From contig CAKPSO010000002.1 of the NCBI GenBank assembly GCA_934183185.1, positions 3,050 to 67,049 of the forward strand: a DNA stretch of 64,000 nt, written 5' to 3'. Each line of letters opens with the position of its first letter. Positions within the stretch are counted from its first letter, which is position 1. The stretch comes from an uncultured Bacilli bacterium. GTDB lineage: Bacteria > Bacillota_I > Bacilli_A > RF39 > UBA660. Shown here one piece after another: positions 52,544-61,964 of this stretch. The notes below the pieces were generated by a model. It searched no databases. It had not been told where the DNA came from and was given only the letters and a program-made list of their open reading frames with translations. The translations under genes were made by a program, and so were the position numbers.

Positions 52544-52750
52544 TTATAACGATAACTCTTTTAATCTTAATAATTCTACTACTGCTCCTGCTCTACCTGT
52601 TACTCCTAGTTTTTGAATTACGTTTGAAATATGATTTCTTACGGTTTTTTCACTAATATTTAGTTTACTAGCTATTTCTTTAGTAGTTTTATTTAAAACT
52701 AATAAAGAGAAAACTTCATATTCTCTTTTGGTTAAGATACCTGTATTCAC
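52544..52750 (-). CDS. gerE: LuxR/GerE-family HTH transcriptional regulator
   Basis: 68 aa: LTKREYEVFSLLVLNKTTKEIASKLNISEKTVRNHISNVIQKLGV. Confidence 0.7.
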   Translation of the reverse strand: MNTGILTKREYEVFSLLVLNKTTKEIASKLNISEKTVRNHISNVIQKLGVTGRAGAVVELLRLKELSL

Positions 52751-52830
52751 ATTTTCACTCCTTCTATTTAATACACATTATTACTCATATTATTTTATGT
52801 AATTAGCTATTAAATAGATAGTGAATCTGC

Positions 52831-53346
52831 CTACTTTTCAAATTTTACAGTTACATATACTTTATCCTGAAATTCTTCTTGAATAGCCTTCATTATTTGA
52901 TTGGCTAAATTACTATCATGTTCTTTTTTTACAGCCACTACTTTTACTTCACTGTTATCGATTTTAACAAAGCTATCTAGGCTAAAATTCTTTTTTATTT
53001 TTTCTTCTAGGGCTTCTTCTTTTCCTTTTATGTCTGTTAAGTATTTAATCTGTTCATAAGCATTATTTTTTTCTTCAGTAGTTGCTTTATCATTGGTTAG
53101 TGTTCCTTTTAAATCTGATACCATTTCTTCTCTTTCCTGCTCTAAATTTACTCTCATAGAAACAAGGGCTTCACTTTCTTTTATTGTAACAGTAGGTTCT
53201 TCTTCCTTATTTACTTTATCTTCTTTATCTGTATAGCTACTATTATTAGTAAGTAATAATTCATTTGGCATAGTGATGTAGTAAACACTTAATACTAGTA
53301 TTAGACTAAATAATGTTAAAAACCATAGACTTTGTTTATTTATCAT
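52831..53346 (-). CDS. Membrane-anchored hypothetical protein (possible SpoIIIAH-like)
   Basis: N-terminal TM, charged linker, C-terminal beta-rich domain; located next to efp as spoIIIA genes are in Bacillus; weak. Confidence 0.3.
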   Translation of the reverse strand: MINKQSLWFLTLFSLILVLSVYYITMPNELLLTNNSSYTDKEDKVNKEEEPTVTIKESEALVSMRVNLEQEREEMVSDLKGTLTNDKATTEEKNNAYEQIKYLTDIKGKEEALEEKIKKNFSLDSFVKIDNSEVKVVAVKKEHDSNLANQIMKAIQEEFQDKVYVTVKFEK

Positions 53347-53417
53347 ATCTATTTCTCCTCTTTTCTAATACATTGTATGAGAGCGTTATAAATTTATGCG
53401 AAAAAAAAGAGCATTAA

Positions 53418-53975
53418 TTATGCTCTTGATGCGTATTTACCATCTTTAGTAGTAACTAAGATTGTTTCACCTTCACCTATAAATAAAGGTACTTTAATAG
53501 TCATACCATTTTCTAGAGTAGCATCTTTCATTGCTCCAGTAGATGTATTACCTTTAACAGCAGGTTCAGAATGAGTAATAACATACTCAATTTTATCAGG
53601 AAGTGATATTCCTAGTACTTCACCTTCATAGAAAGTAATATTAACCATTAAATTTTCTTTTAAGAATTTGGCATCATCTCCAAGAGAAGATTTGTTTAAC
53701 TCTATTTGATCGTAAGTTTCCATATTCATAAAATAGTAAACTCCACTCATTTCATATAGGTATTGCATATCTCTCTTTTCAATACGAGCTGCTTCTACTT
53801 TAGTACCGGCATTAAATCTTTCTTCAATAATAGAACCAGTTCTTAAGTTTTTTAATTTAGCAGTAACGAAAGCTGCACCTTTACCTGGCTTTACATGACC
53901 TGTTTCTAATACTGTAAAAAGATTACCATCCATTTGAATTGTCATACCGGCTTTTAAATCATTTGTATTAATCAT
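53418..53975 (-). CDS. efp: Elongation factor P
   Basis: 185 aa, conserved KPGKGAAF loop. Confidence 0.95.
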   Translation of the reverse strand: MINTNDLKAGMTIQMDGNLFTVLETGHVKPGKGAAFVTAKLKNLRTGSIIEERFNAGTKVEAARIEKRDMQYLYEMSGVYYFMNMETYDQIELNKSSLGDDAKFLKENLMVNITFYEGEVLGISLPDKIEYVITHSEPAVKGNTSTGAMKDATLENGMTIKVPLFIGEGETILVTTKDGKYASRA

Positions 53976-54032
53976 TGTGATCCTCCTTTAGAAAATAATA
54001 GGAGAATCATGTTCTCCCTATATTTTATCTTA

Positions 54033-54197
54033 CTATTTCTTTTCTTTATGTGTTGTATGCTTTTGGCATCTTGGGCAGTATTTACTTATTTCAAGTCTGT
54101 CTGTCGTATTTTTTACATTCTTACTAACTCTATAATTTTCTTCATTACACTCTGTACAAACTAGAGTTTTATTTTGTCTATTTCCAACTTTTGCCAT
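54033..54197 (-). CDS. rpmG: 50S ribosomal protein L33 (C4 zinc-ribbon form), missing from ORF track
   Basis: RBS GGAGGG then [54 protein letters not shown]. Confidence 0.8.
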   Translation of the reverse strand: MAKVGNRQNKTLVCTECNEENYRVSKNVKNTTDRLEISKYCPRCQKHTTHKEKK

Positions 54198-54303
54198 TAT
54201 ATCCCTCCTCGTTTCCTATATGTATTATACATTAGTATAGAGAAAAATGCAAAATCTTTTTTTACTTGTTTTAATTTTTTATACTTTTTACATAGTTTTA
54301 CAG

Positions 54304-56343
54304 TTAATTATTAGTATTATTTTTCATTTCAAAATACTTGTTTGATACAAATCTAGCTATTCTACGATTAACATAACTATGAAAATTAATATCTGTATTA
54401 GGATCTTCTACATCAGGAGATGTTACTGTAATAGTCATTTCTGGGTTTTCAAATGGAGCATAACCAACAAAGGCATTACTTACTGTTTCAGTATCTATTT
54501 TTCCATCATTATCAGTATCAATAAAGCTTTCACTTGTTCCTGTTTTACCTGCAGGATTAGGACTATCTCCCATAACATTTTTACCTAAGCCAATAGTCAT
54601 AACTGCTTTAAATCCTTCTTGAATACGAGCTAAATATTCAGGCTTAGTAGTTACAGTATTTAGAATAATTGGTTCTACTTTGTAAGCAAGTTTGCCTAGA
54701 TTATTACCTTTAGTAGATTCATATACTTCTTTTAATAACTGGGGTTTATATCTTTTACCATTAGAAGCTATTGTGGTTATATATTGAGATAATTGAATTG
54801 GAGTATAAGTATCATACTGTCCAATAGAGTAATTAAGGAGTAAGTCTGGGGCTTTATTAGTACCAATATAACCTAAGCTTTCTACTGGTAAGTCTATTTC
54901 TGTTTTTACTCCTAGACCAAATTCATTAAAGGTTTTACGATAAATATTAAAAGCATTTTCATCTATATTTAGAGGTCCATTATAAGTATAATTAGATTTA
55001 CCTACTCTCATAGCTATTTTAAACTGATATACATTTGATGATTCGGCTAACGCAATTATATCATTTAATCTACCTACCCTATGAGATGAACATTTCTTTG
55101 GCTTATTTTTTATTTTTATACATTCATCAGTCATTACTTCTCCTATTTTTAATACCTCAGTATTGTATCCAACTAACATAGATGCTCCTTTTACTACTGA
55201 ACCTGGAGCCATTGGATCAGTTAGAGCATAAGGAGTAATATCATAGCTTTTATAACTATTATCACTTTTATATAGATTACGTCCTGACATAGCTAATATT
55301 TCTCCTGTTGTTGGGCTAGTGATTATAACATAGGTTTTATTTAAATATTTAGTATTAGCTTCACTCTTAGCTCTAATTAACTGTTCTTCAATAATATTAT
55401 CTATTTCCTTTACTAAATTAATATCTATACTTAAAACAATATCATTACCACGTTTAGCATCACTTATCTTTTCTAATGTATTATTAGATTTTTTTATATA
55501 TTTAGCTTTAGTCCCTTTTAATATATCTTCATACTGTTTTTCAATGTTACTGATACCTACCTTATCAGTTAGAGAATATCCTTTATTTAGATAAGCATTT
55601 TTATTTTCTTTAGGTATACTACCTACACTACCTAGTATACTCTTTAGAGTATCTCCATATAAATACTTTCTTTTCCAAGTTACTTTAGTATTGATTCCAT
55701 TATAGGTTTCACTATTTTCAGAAAAGTAAGAAAATTCTTCATCTGTAGCATTACTTTTAATTACTTTTTCTTCATAAGAATACCCATGATTCATTAGATA
55801 ATATAAGTAGGCAGCCTTTTTATCAAGTTCAGTATAATTTTCTAAATCCTTATCAGTAATTCGATCTAATTTTAAATTTTCTATATCACTAGTAGATAAG
55901 ATTCTACGTTTTAACTTTTCATATTCTTCTTTAGTTATTCTATTTCTTGCTTCTATATTATTATTTGCTAACCAGAATTCTTTTAAATTACGAGTAGTTA
56001 GTTTAGTAGTATCTATATCTAGATGTTCTAGTATTTTATATATTAATGATATTTCTTCACTGATAGAGATATTCTTTGGCTTTTGATAATAGATTATTGG
56101 AACTGAAGCATTATCTACTAATAGATTATAATTTCTATCATATATCCTACCACGTGGAGCTGTTTCTCCTTCTATTATTACCTCAGTTAATGATACTAGT
56201 TTTTTACTATAATATTCATTTTGAAAATAAATAATCTTAACTAAAGATATAGTTAAAAAGAAAAAACTAATTATTATTAAAGTAGCTATTATATAGATTC
56301 TTTTCTCCATTTCTTTTTTTCTTTTTTTCATAGATTTCACCAT
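54304..56343 (-). CDS. Class B penicillin-binding protein (PBP2/FtsI/SpoVD-like transpeptidase)
   Basis: N-terminal TM, dimerisation domain, SVVK (SxxK), SSN and KTGTS motifs. Confidence 0.85.
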   Translation of the reverse strand: MVKSMKKRKKEMEKRIYIIATLIIISFFFLTISLVKIIYFQNEYYSKKLVSLTEVIIEGETAPRGRIYDRNYNLLVDNASVPIIYYQKPKNISISEEISLIYKILEHLDIDTTKLTTRNLKEFWLANNNIEARNRITKEEYEKLKRRILSTSDIENLKLDRITDKDLENYTELDKKAAYLYYLMNHGYSYEEKVIKSNATDEEFSYFSENSETYNGINTKVTWKRKYLYGDTLKSILGSVGSIPKENKNAYLNKGYSLTDKVGISNIEKQYEDILKGTKAKYIKKSNNTLEKISDAKRGNDIVLSIDINLVKEIDNIIEEQLIRAKSEANTKYLNKTYVIITSPTTGEILAMSGRNLYKSDNSYKSYDITPYALTDPMAPGSVVKGASMLVGYNTEVLKIGEVMTDECIKIKNKPKKCSSHRVGRLNDIIALAESSNVYQFKIAMRVGKSNYTYNGPLNIDENAFNIYRKTFNEFGLGVKTEIDLPVESLGYIGTNKAPDLLLNYSIGQYDTYTPIQLSQYITTIASNGKRYKPQLLKEVYESTKGNNLGKLAYKVEPIILNTVTTKPEYLARIQEGFKAVMTIGLGKNVMGDSPNPAGKTGTSESFIDTDNDGKIDTETVSNAFVGYAPFENPEMTITVTSPDVEDPNTDINFHSYVNRRIARFVSNKYFEMKNNTNN

Positions 56344-56398
56344 TATTAGTGTGTGAATTTTTACTATAAAAATTACATATATTTTAAAGGGAGGAAAA

Positions 56399-56647
56399 AT
56401 GAAAAAATTAATAGCACTTTATGTGCAGAATATGACTATTAATGATGCTAAAAGATTTTTAGAAAAGAATCAGATAAAAGCATCAGATCATGACTTGGAA
56501 ATAATACTTGATTATAGCAAAAAGTATTGGGAACAGATATATGAAGGTGATACTTCTATTTTTGAAAAAATAAAAAAAGATATAGCTCCTGATACTTATC
56601 AAACAATGATTAATTTGTATGAACAGTATAAAGGATATATATCTTAG
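56399..56647 (+). CDS. Small hypothetical protein (82 aa), plus strand
   Basis: GGGAGG RBS then ATG; second plus-strand gene in window. Confidence 0.4.
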   Translation: MKKLIALYVQNMTINDAKRFLEKNQIKASDHDLEIILDYSKKYWEQIYEGDTSIFEKIKKDIAPDTYQTMINLYEQYKGYIS

Positions 56648-56657
56648 TTAGGGCTTC

Positions 56658-57539
56658 TTAGGAAGCTTTTCTTATATCTTCTAGTAGATTATTATTCATT
56701 TTATTTTCTCTTAGCATTTCTATTTCATATTTATATGGTGGATATTCTTTATCTACATATGGCGTTTCAAGTATTTTAGGTATTTTAGATAGTTTAGGAT
56801 TATGAACAATACTATTTAGAGTTTCAAAACCAATAGTACCTAATCCTATATTTTCATGTCTATCTTTATGAGATGCAATTTGGTTTTTACTATCGTTTAT
56901 ATGAATGCACATTACTTTATCTAGACCTATTTTGTTATCAATTATAGTTAGTAATTCATCAAACTTAGTAAGATCATAACCAGCATCATTTAAGTGACAC
57001 GTATCTAGGCATATTCCTATTCTTTCTTTATTAGTAATACCATCTATTATTTTTTCTAATTCATCAATATTACTGCCTATTTCGGAACCTTTACCAGCCA
57101 TTGTTTCTAGTAAAATCTTAACATTATTTTGAGATAAATCAAATACTTTGTTTAGACCAAATATAATATTTTCAATTCCCTTATCTATTCCTAGTCCTAC
57201 ATGACTACCAGGATGAAGGACAACTTTATCTATTCCTAGTTCATTACATCTAGCTAATTCTTCAACAAGAAAATGAATACTAAAATCTATATTATTGATA
57301 TTAGCAAGGTTAATGATATATGGGGCATGAACAATTACTTGACTATAATCAATATTATTTTCAGCCATTAGTTTAACTGCTTCTTTAGTTTTTTCTATAT
57401 CTATTTTAGAACGATTAGTGTTTTGTGGAGCACCAGTATAAAACATGAAGGTAGTAGCATTATAACTAATAGCTTCTTTAGTACTTTTAACTAATTGATC
57501 TTTTTTATCAAAAGATACATGAGAACCAATTAATAACAT
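56658..57539 (-). CDS. nfo: Endonuclease IV (AP endonuclease, TIM-barrel)
   Basis: HAPYIINL, LHPGSH, metal-binding His/Asp/Glu pattern. Confidence 0.85.
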   Translation of the reverse strand: MLLIGSHVSFDKKDQLVKSTKEAISYNATTFMFYTGAPQNTNRSKIDIEKTKEAVKLMAENNIDYSQVIVHAPYIINLANINNIDFSIHFLVEELARCNELGIDKVVLHPGSHVGLGIDKGIENIIFGLNKVFDLSQNNVKILLETMAGKGSEIGSNIDELEKIIDGITNKERIGICLDTCHLNDAGYDLTKFDELLTIIDNKIGLDKVMCIHINDSKNQIASHKDRHENIGLGTIGFETLNSIVHNPKLSKIPKILETPYVDKEYPPYKYEIEMLRENKMNNNLLEDIRKAS

Positions 57540-57548
57540 ATTTTCCTC

Positions 57549-58148
57549 CTATGATGCACAGGTATTGCTACTATATATAGTAGCAATCCAATCTATTCTA
57601 TTACCGTTAGTATCGGTTGGTTGAAGATTTTCTAAGCCTTTGATAGTTGACAAAACAGCTTTTTTACCAGATGGGGTTCCACATAGAGACTGAATAGTTA
57701 CTTCCATTTTATTCTTAGCATCTGATATTACTTCACTACGATTTACATCATCAATATTCATTAGTGGAATAGCATGACGATCTTTGTCCTGCCCAGCTAC
57801 AAGATATGTATATTCAATATTATTAGGAGTTCCAGTATTTACAACTGCTACATAACTTTTACTTTTTACCCACTCACTGTCAAAGGAAGATGAAAATTTA
57901 CCTTTATCAAGTGGTATTGATTCTAATGAAACGATTAAAACTTGATTAAAATCTATTGGTGCCGTATAATCTTCTGCTGCTATTCCTTTACGAACTGCAT
58001 CTACATATTCAGATAAAACATCGGCGAAGGCTTCTCTTTTAGATGAATCTATATAATTAGAAGCTGCTGGAATAGCTATAGTTAAAACAATACTTAATAT
58101 TACTACTACGCCTAATAATTCTACTAGTGTAAAGCCTTTTCTATTCAT
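57549..58148 (-). CDS. Type IV pilin-like protein (prepilin N-terminus, C-terminal disulfide loop)
   Basis: MNRKGFTLVELLGVVVIL class III signal with G-F cleavage site and E+5; Cys pair near C-terminus. Confidence 0.75.
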   Translation of the reverse strand: MNRKGFTLVELLGVVVILSIVLTIAIPAASNYIDSSKREAFADVLSEYVDAVRKGIAAEDYTAPIDFNQVLIVSLESIPLDKGKFSSSFDSEWVKSKSYVAVVNTGTPNNIEYTYLVAGQDKDRHAIPLMNIDDVNRSEVISDAKNKMEVTIQSLCGTPSGKKAVLSTIKGLENLQPTDTNGNRIDWIATIYSSNTCAS

Positions 58149-58226
58149 GTTCTCACATCCCTATGTTAATAATATCATAAATTTTATAAAAGTACAAAAG
58201 AAAAACCCAACTTTGTGGGTTTCTTT

Positions 58227-58826
58227 TTATTTAGCTACTTCTTTTACAGTGATGACATTCTGTTCAGTGCTACTAGCTTTTTCTAATCTACCGTTAGTTG
58301 CTACTTTAAAATAAGTTGGTGTTGATGAAGTAGTATCATATATTTTTTCAAAACCATTGCTGTCTAGACGAATTACATCTGATGCTTTTAGACTTTTTTC
58401 ATCTATTATTTCAAGATTTTTATTTGAACCAGTTACATATTTACCATCTGATGCTGTTACATAATAATCGTATTTTGGTGAATCTGCTGATCCTGTATTT
58501 ACTATTATTACATAAGAATTATCTAACTTCCATGGTAAGTCATATGAACTATTTACTCCACCTTTTTCAATAGCGATACTTAATACGCTAAATGGTACTA
58601 CTGTTGCATCGTTAGTATCGATTGGATAACTATATTCATCTCCTAATGTTGCTCCTTTTCTTGCAGCATCTATAAATTGAATTAAGTTATCTTTATATCC
58701 ATTCTTTCTTGATTTAGTTATATATTGAGATACAGCTGGGATAGCTATTCCTAATACTACAGCTAAAATTACGATTACAGCTAGTAATTCAATTAATGTG
58801 AACCCTTTCTTATTTAATTTCTTCAT
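58227..58826 (-). CDS. Type IV pilin-like protein, copy 1 of duplicated gene
   Basis: MKKLNKKGFTLIELLAVIVILAVVLGIAIP prepilin motif; first ~140 codons identical to 61292..61873. Confidence 0.75.
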   Translation of the reverse strand: MKKLNKKGFTLIELLAVIVILAVVLGIAIPAVSQYITKSRKNGYKDNLIQFIDAARKGATLGDEYSYPIDTNDATVVPFSVLSIAIEKGGVNSSYDLPWKLDNSYVIIVNTGSADSPKYDYYVTASDGKYVTGSNKNLEIIDEKSLKASDVIRLDSNGFEKIYDTTSSTPTYFKVATNGRLEKASSTEQNVITVKEVAK

Positions 58827-58845
58827 AATAACTATTCTCCTCTCT
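58410..58845. repeat. Direct repeat copy 1 (~436 bp, near-identical to 61454..61892) covering pilin 5' half and RBS
   Basis: Line-by-line identity over coding 5' region and ATAATAACTATTCTCCTCTCT RBS region. Confidence 0.8.
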
Positions 58846-58931
58846 ATTATTATATTTTAATTTTACTACTAATAATTTTTAATTGTCAACAAAGGGCAAT
58901 ACTTTTAAAAATTATTGTCACTAGTTTACAT

Positions 58932-59435
58932 TTAGTTACTACAAGTTCTAATTCCACCAGTTACACCAGTGATACTACGAATATCGCTATCAGTTGGCAC
59001 TGTAAAGTTTTTAACTACATAGCTTAATTTGCCATCTTCATCAAGTTTTTTCTTTTCTGTTAGGCGAATTCCTCTATTCTTACCGTTTTCACCAGCTACA
59101 AGATTAACATAGTAGACTAGTTCTTCGTCTTTATGGACCACAATCACAAAGGAATCAGTTTCGCTATATTCATTTCCATCAGGATCTTTAGTTAGGTCCT
59201 GATTATCAACACATGATAGGTTGATTCTTACTATTTCACCAGCTACTGGTTTACTGATTGTGTTAGCTAATTCTGTTTTGGCTTGGGTTAAAAACTTTTT
59301 AGCATCTGATATATAAGTTTCTTTTTTGCTTTTTTCTAAGCTAGATACTATATTTGGTATAGCTATTCCCATAATAATAGAGAGAATTACCAATACTGCT
59401 AAAAGTTCTATTAATGTAAATCCACGTTTATTCAT
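58932..59435 (-). CDS. Type IV pilin-like protein with C-terminal Cys pair
   Basis: MNKRGFTLIELLAVLVILSIIMGIAIP prepilin motif. Confidence 0.75.
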   Translation of the reverse strand: MNKRGFTLIELLAVLVILSIIMGIAIPNIVSSLEKSKKETYISDAKKFLTQAKTELANTISKPVAGEIVRINLSCVDNQDLTKDPDGNEYSETDSFVIVVHKDEELVYYVNLVAGENGKNRGIRLTEKKKLDEDGKLSYVVKNFTVPTDSDIRSITGVTGGIRTCSN

Positions 59436-59466
59436 ATTTTTTCTCCTTTTTTGAATTGATTTTTAT

Positions 59467-61197
59467 TTAACTTATAACGTATGGGTCAGAACTTGTCCCA
59501 GTTCCCGTTACCAGCATGTCAGCATTCAGGCTCAAAACTGCACGAAGGCGATTAGTAACATTAACATTGTCGTTATTGATGTTACCTGACGTATTTACGC
59601 GCCATACAGTCGAACCCAAGAAGCCGGCCGGGCTCATTGTCCACCAATTAATAGCTGAATTATATAAATAATATTTACTATTATCTTTTCCATAATAACC
59701 ACCTGCATGTACTACTTCATCATAACTTAATAATCCCACACTGGCATTGACTGGTCCTTTTCCATTTCCATCGGTTGTACATTTAAAATCTGGCGTATAA
59801 CTTGAGTATAATGTCATTGTTGCACTTCCCGATGTCCAACTTGAATCACATTTAGCTTTTGCTTGTTCACAATAATAATTGCCACTAGCTACATTTTTAA
59901 CTAAGTCTGCTTTACTTCCGATATTCGTTTGATACCAGCTTTCAAGTTGAGTCTTAGCTTCACTATTTGAATAATACATATAAGTATAGTTTTTATAATT
60001 TGGATTAAATGCAATATTAGCATTACTATTGATTCCATCTTGCATTACGATTCTTATTGTTCCATCTTCATTTACTCTTACTATTCTCCATGTTTGACCA
60101 GCAAACTTTACATAGTTATTAGTAACATTTCCTCTAAAGTAATATGTTGGATTTCCTGTATTAGTAGCAGTCGATTTATATAATCCACTTGCATCACTTG
60201 TATTATTACTTGATGTAGTAAGTGTTGGATTAGCTGTAATTATTGTATTTTTCATTATTTCATCTTTTAATGGTACTGCCTGTTTTACTTTAATATTAAT
60301 TTTGTATTCTTTAGTTACTGTTTGATCTGTACTAGTAATAGTTACTTTATAGATATTATTACCACCTACTAGACTTACTTCACTATTATTTGATATTACT
60401 TGATTATCTTTTTCTATCTTTACATTAGCTAATGAATACTTAGGTACTATATTTAACTTAGTAGTAGTTTCACTATCTAACTCTACTTCATAGTTCCAGT
60501 CTTTTCCTTCTACTTTAGTTAAACTGGTATCTCCTATAGTTATATCTTTTATATCAGTATTACTTCTTAATACTTGTTCTTCAGCTGATATTACTTTAGC
60601 ATTTGAATATACATTTACTGTTGCTGTAAAGGTTTGTCCTCCTATAACGCTTAAATCTGCATTTTCATCTAACCACATTTTTAATCTAAATGTCTTTAAA
60701 TAATTATTAGTATTTCCTGCTACTTCTCCTTTATAGATACTCTTTTCTACATTATTTCCAACATCAGTAGTAGTTTGTACTAATTTACTATATAGTGTTG
60801 GTGTTAGTAATTCTGTTTGATCTATCCCATCTTGAAGATATACTTTTATATTATCTTCTCCCATAGTAGAAGTAGCTTTCTTTCTTAGTGTTACTTCATA
60901 TGGTATTACTTCACTTCCAGTATTTGTTCCTTCTACTTTGAAATCAAATACATTATTATCTCCTACTAATTCTTTACCCTTAGTATCTGATATTGGTTCT
61001 GCTTCAGTTATACTTATTCCATTACCATTAGTATTATTTTCTGTATACAAGAACTTTAATGTACCAGTAGTTATGATATTATCTGTAGTTCCTTCCTTTG
61101 TATAAGTAAATACTGCATAGGTTACTCCTATAGTTATTAAAAATAAACTTACTATTCCTAGTAATGATACTATTAGTTGCCTCCTATTAGTCTTCAT
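59467..61197 (-). CDS. TasA/camelysin-like secreted protein (SipW-cognate signal) paralog with distinct C-terminal domain
   Basis: LFLITIGVTYAVFTYTKEGTTDNIITTGTLKF; first ~200 aa homologous to 46943..48871; C-terminus WWTMSPAG...NRLRAVLSL. Confidence 0.6.
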   Translation of the reverse strand: MKTNRRQLIVSLLGIVSLFLITIGVTYAVFTYTKEGTTDNIITTGTLKFLYTENNTNGNGISITEAEPISDTKGKELVGDNNVFDFKVEGTNTGSEVIPYEVTLRKKATSTMGEDNIKVYLQDGIDQTELLTPTLYSKLVQTTTDVGNNVEKSIYKGEVAGNTNNYLKTFRLKMWLDENADLSVIGGQTFTATVNVYSNAKVISAEEQVLRSNTDIKDITIGDTSLTKVEGKDWNYEVELDSETTTKLNIVPKYSLANVKIEKDNQVISNNSEVSLVGGNNIYKVTITSTDQTVTKEYKINIKVKQAVPLKDEIMKNTIITANPTLTTSSNNTSDASGLYKSTATNTGNPTYYFRGNVTNNYVKFAGQTWRIVRVNEDGTIRIVMQDGINSNANIAFNPNYKNYTYMYYSNSEAKTQLESWYQTNIGSKADLVKNVASGNYYCEQAKAKCDSSWTSGSATMTLYSSYTPDFKCTTDGNGKGPVNASVGLLSYDEVVHAGGYYGKDNSKYYLYNSAINWWTMSPAGFLGSTVWRVNTSGNINNDNVNVTNRLRAVLSLNADMLVTGTGTSSDPYVIS

Positions 61198-61291
61198 CTA
61201 TAAATACTCCCTTCTATTTTCTACATTACCAGTATAATTCATTAGTAAAATAGCAGTCAAGAAAAAATGTATAAAAAAAGAAGAAGCTTTT

Positions 61292-61873
61292 TTATTTAGA
61301 AGCTACTTCTTTTACAGTTATTGTTCCATTAGAATCAGATGTTAGTCTACCAGTTGATGCGTTAACAGTAAATTTATTACCAACTGCTATAGTACTGAAT
61401 CCATTATTATCTAGACGAATTACATCTGCTGCTTTTAAATTCTTTTCATTAATAATTTCAAGATTTTTATTTGAACCAGTTACATATTTACCATCTGATG
61501 CTGTTACATAATAATCGTATTTTGGTGAATCTGCTGATCCTGTATTTACTATTATTACATAAGAATTATCTAACTTCCATGGTAAGTCATATGAACTATT
61601 TACTCCACCTTTTTCAATAGCGATACTTAATACGCTAAATGGTACTACTGTTGCATCGTTAGTATCGATTGGATAACTATATTCATCTCCTAATGTTGCT
61701 CCTTTTCTTGCAGCATCTATAAATTGAATTAAGTTATCTTTATATCCATTCTTTCTTGATTTAGTTATATATTGAGATACAGCTGGGATAGCTATTCCTA
61801 ATACTACAGCTAAAATTACGATTACAGCTAGTAATTCAATTAATGTGAACCCTTTCTTATTTAATTTCTTCAT
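61292..61873 (-). CDS. Type IV pilin-like protein, copy 2 of duplicated gene
   Basis: Identical N-terminal 140 aa to 58227..58826, divergent C-terminus. Confidence 0.75.
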   Translation of the reverse strand: MKKLNKKGFTLIELLAVIVILAVVLGIAIPAVSQYITKSRKNGYKDNLIQFIDAARKGATLGDEYSYPIDTNDATVVPFSVLSIAIEKGGVNSSYDLPWKLDNSYVIIVNTGSADSPKYDYYVTASDGKYVTGSNKNLEIINEKNLKAADVIRLDNNGFSTIAVGNKFTVNASTGRLTSDSNGTITVKEVASK

Positions 61874-61892
61874 AATAACTATTCTCCTCTCT
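61454..61892. repeat. Direct repeat copy 2 (~439 bp)
   Basis: Near-identical to 58410..58845. Confidence 0.8.
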
Positions 61893-61964
61893 TTATTATC
61901 AATCTAATTGTACAAGAGGAGAATAGTTTTGTCAATTATATTAGAAATTTTATTTAGAAAGATT

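Noticed and set aside
59467-61197. Possibility that the TasA-like proteins are themselves prepilins processed by a prepilin peptidase
   Set aside because: Their N-termini lack the G-F-T-L-x-E prepilin motif and instead match the SipW-cognate pattern (G-x-T-x-A-x-F-S/T ... G-T-L).
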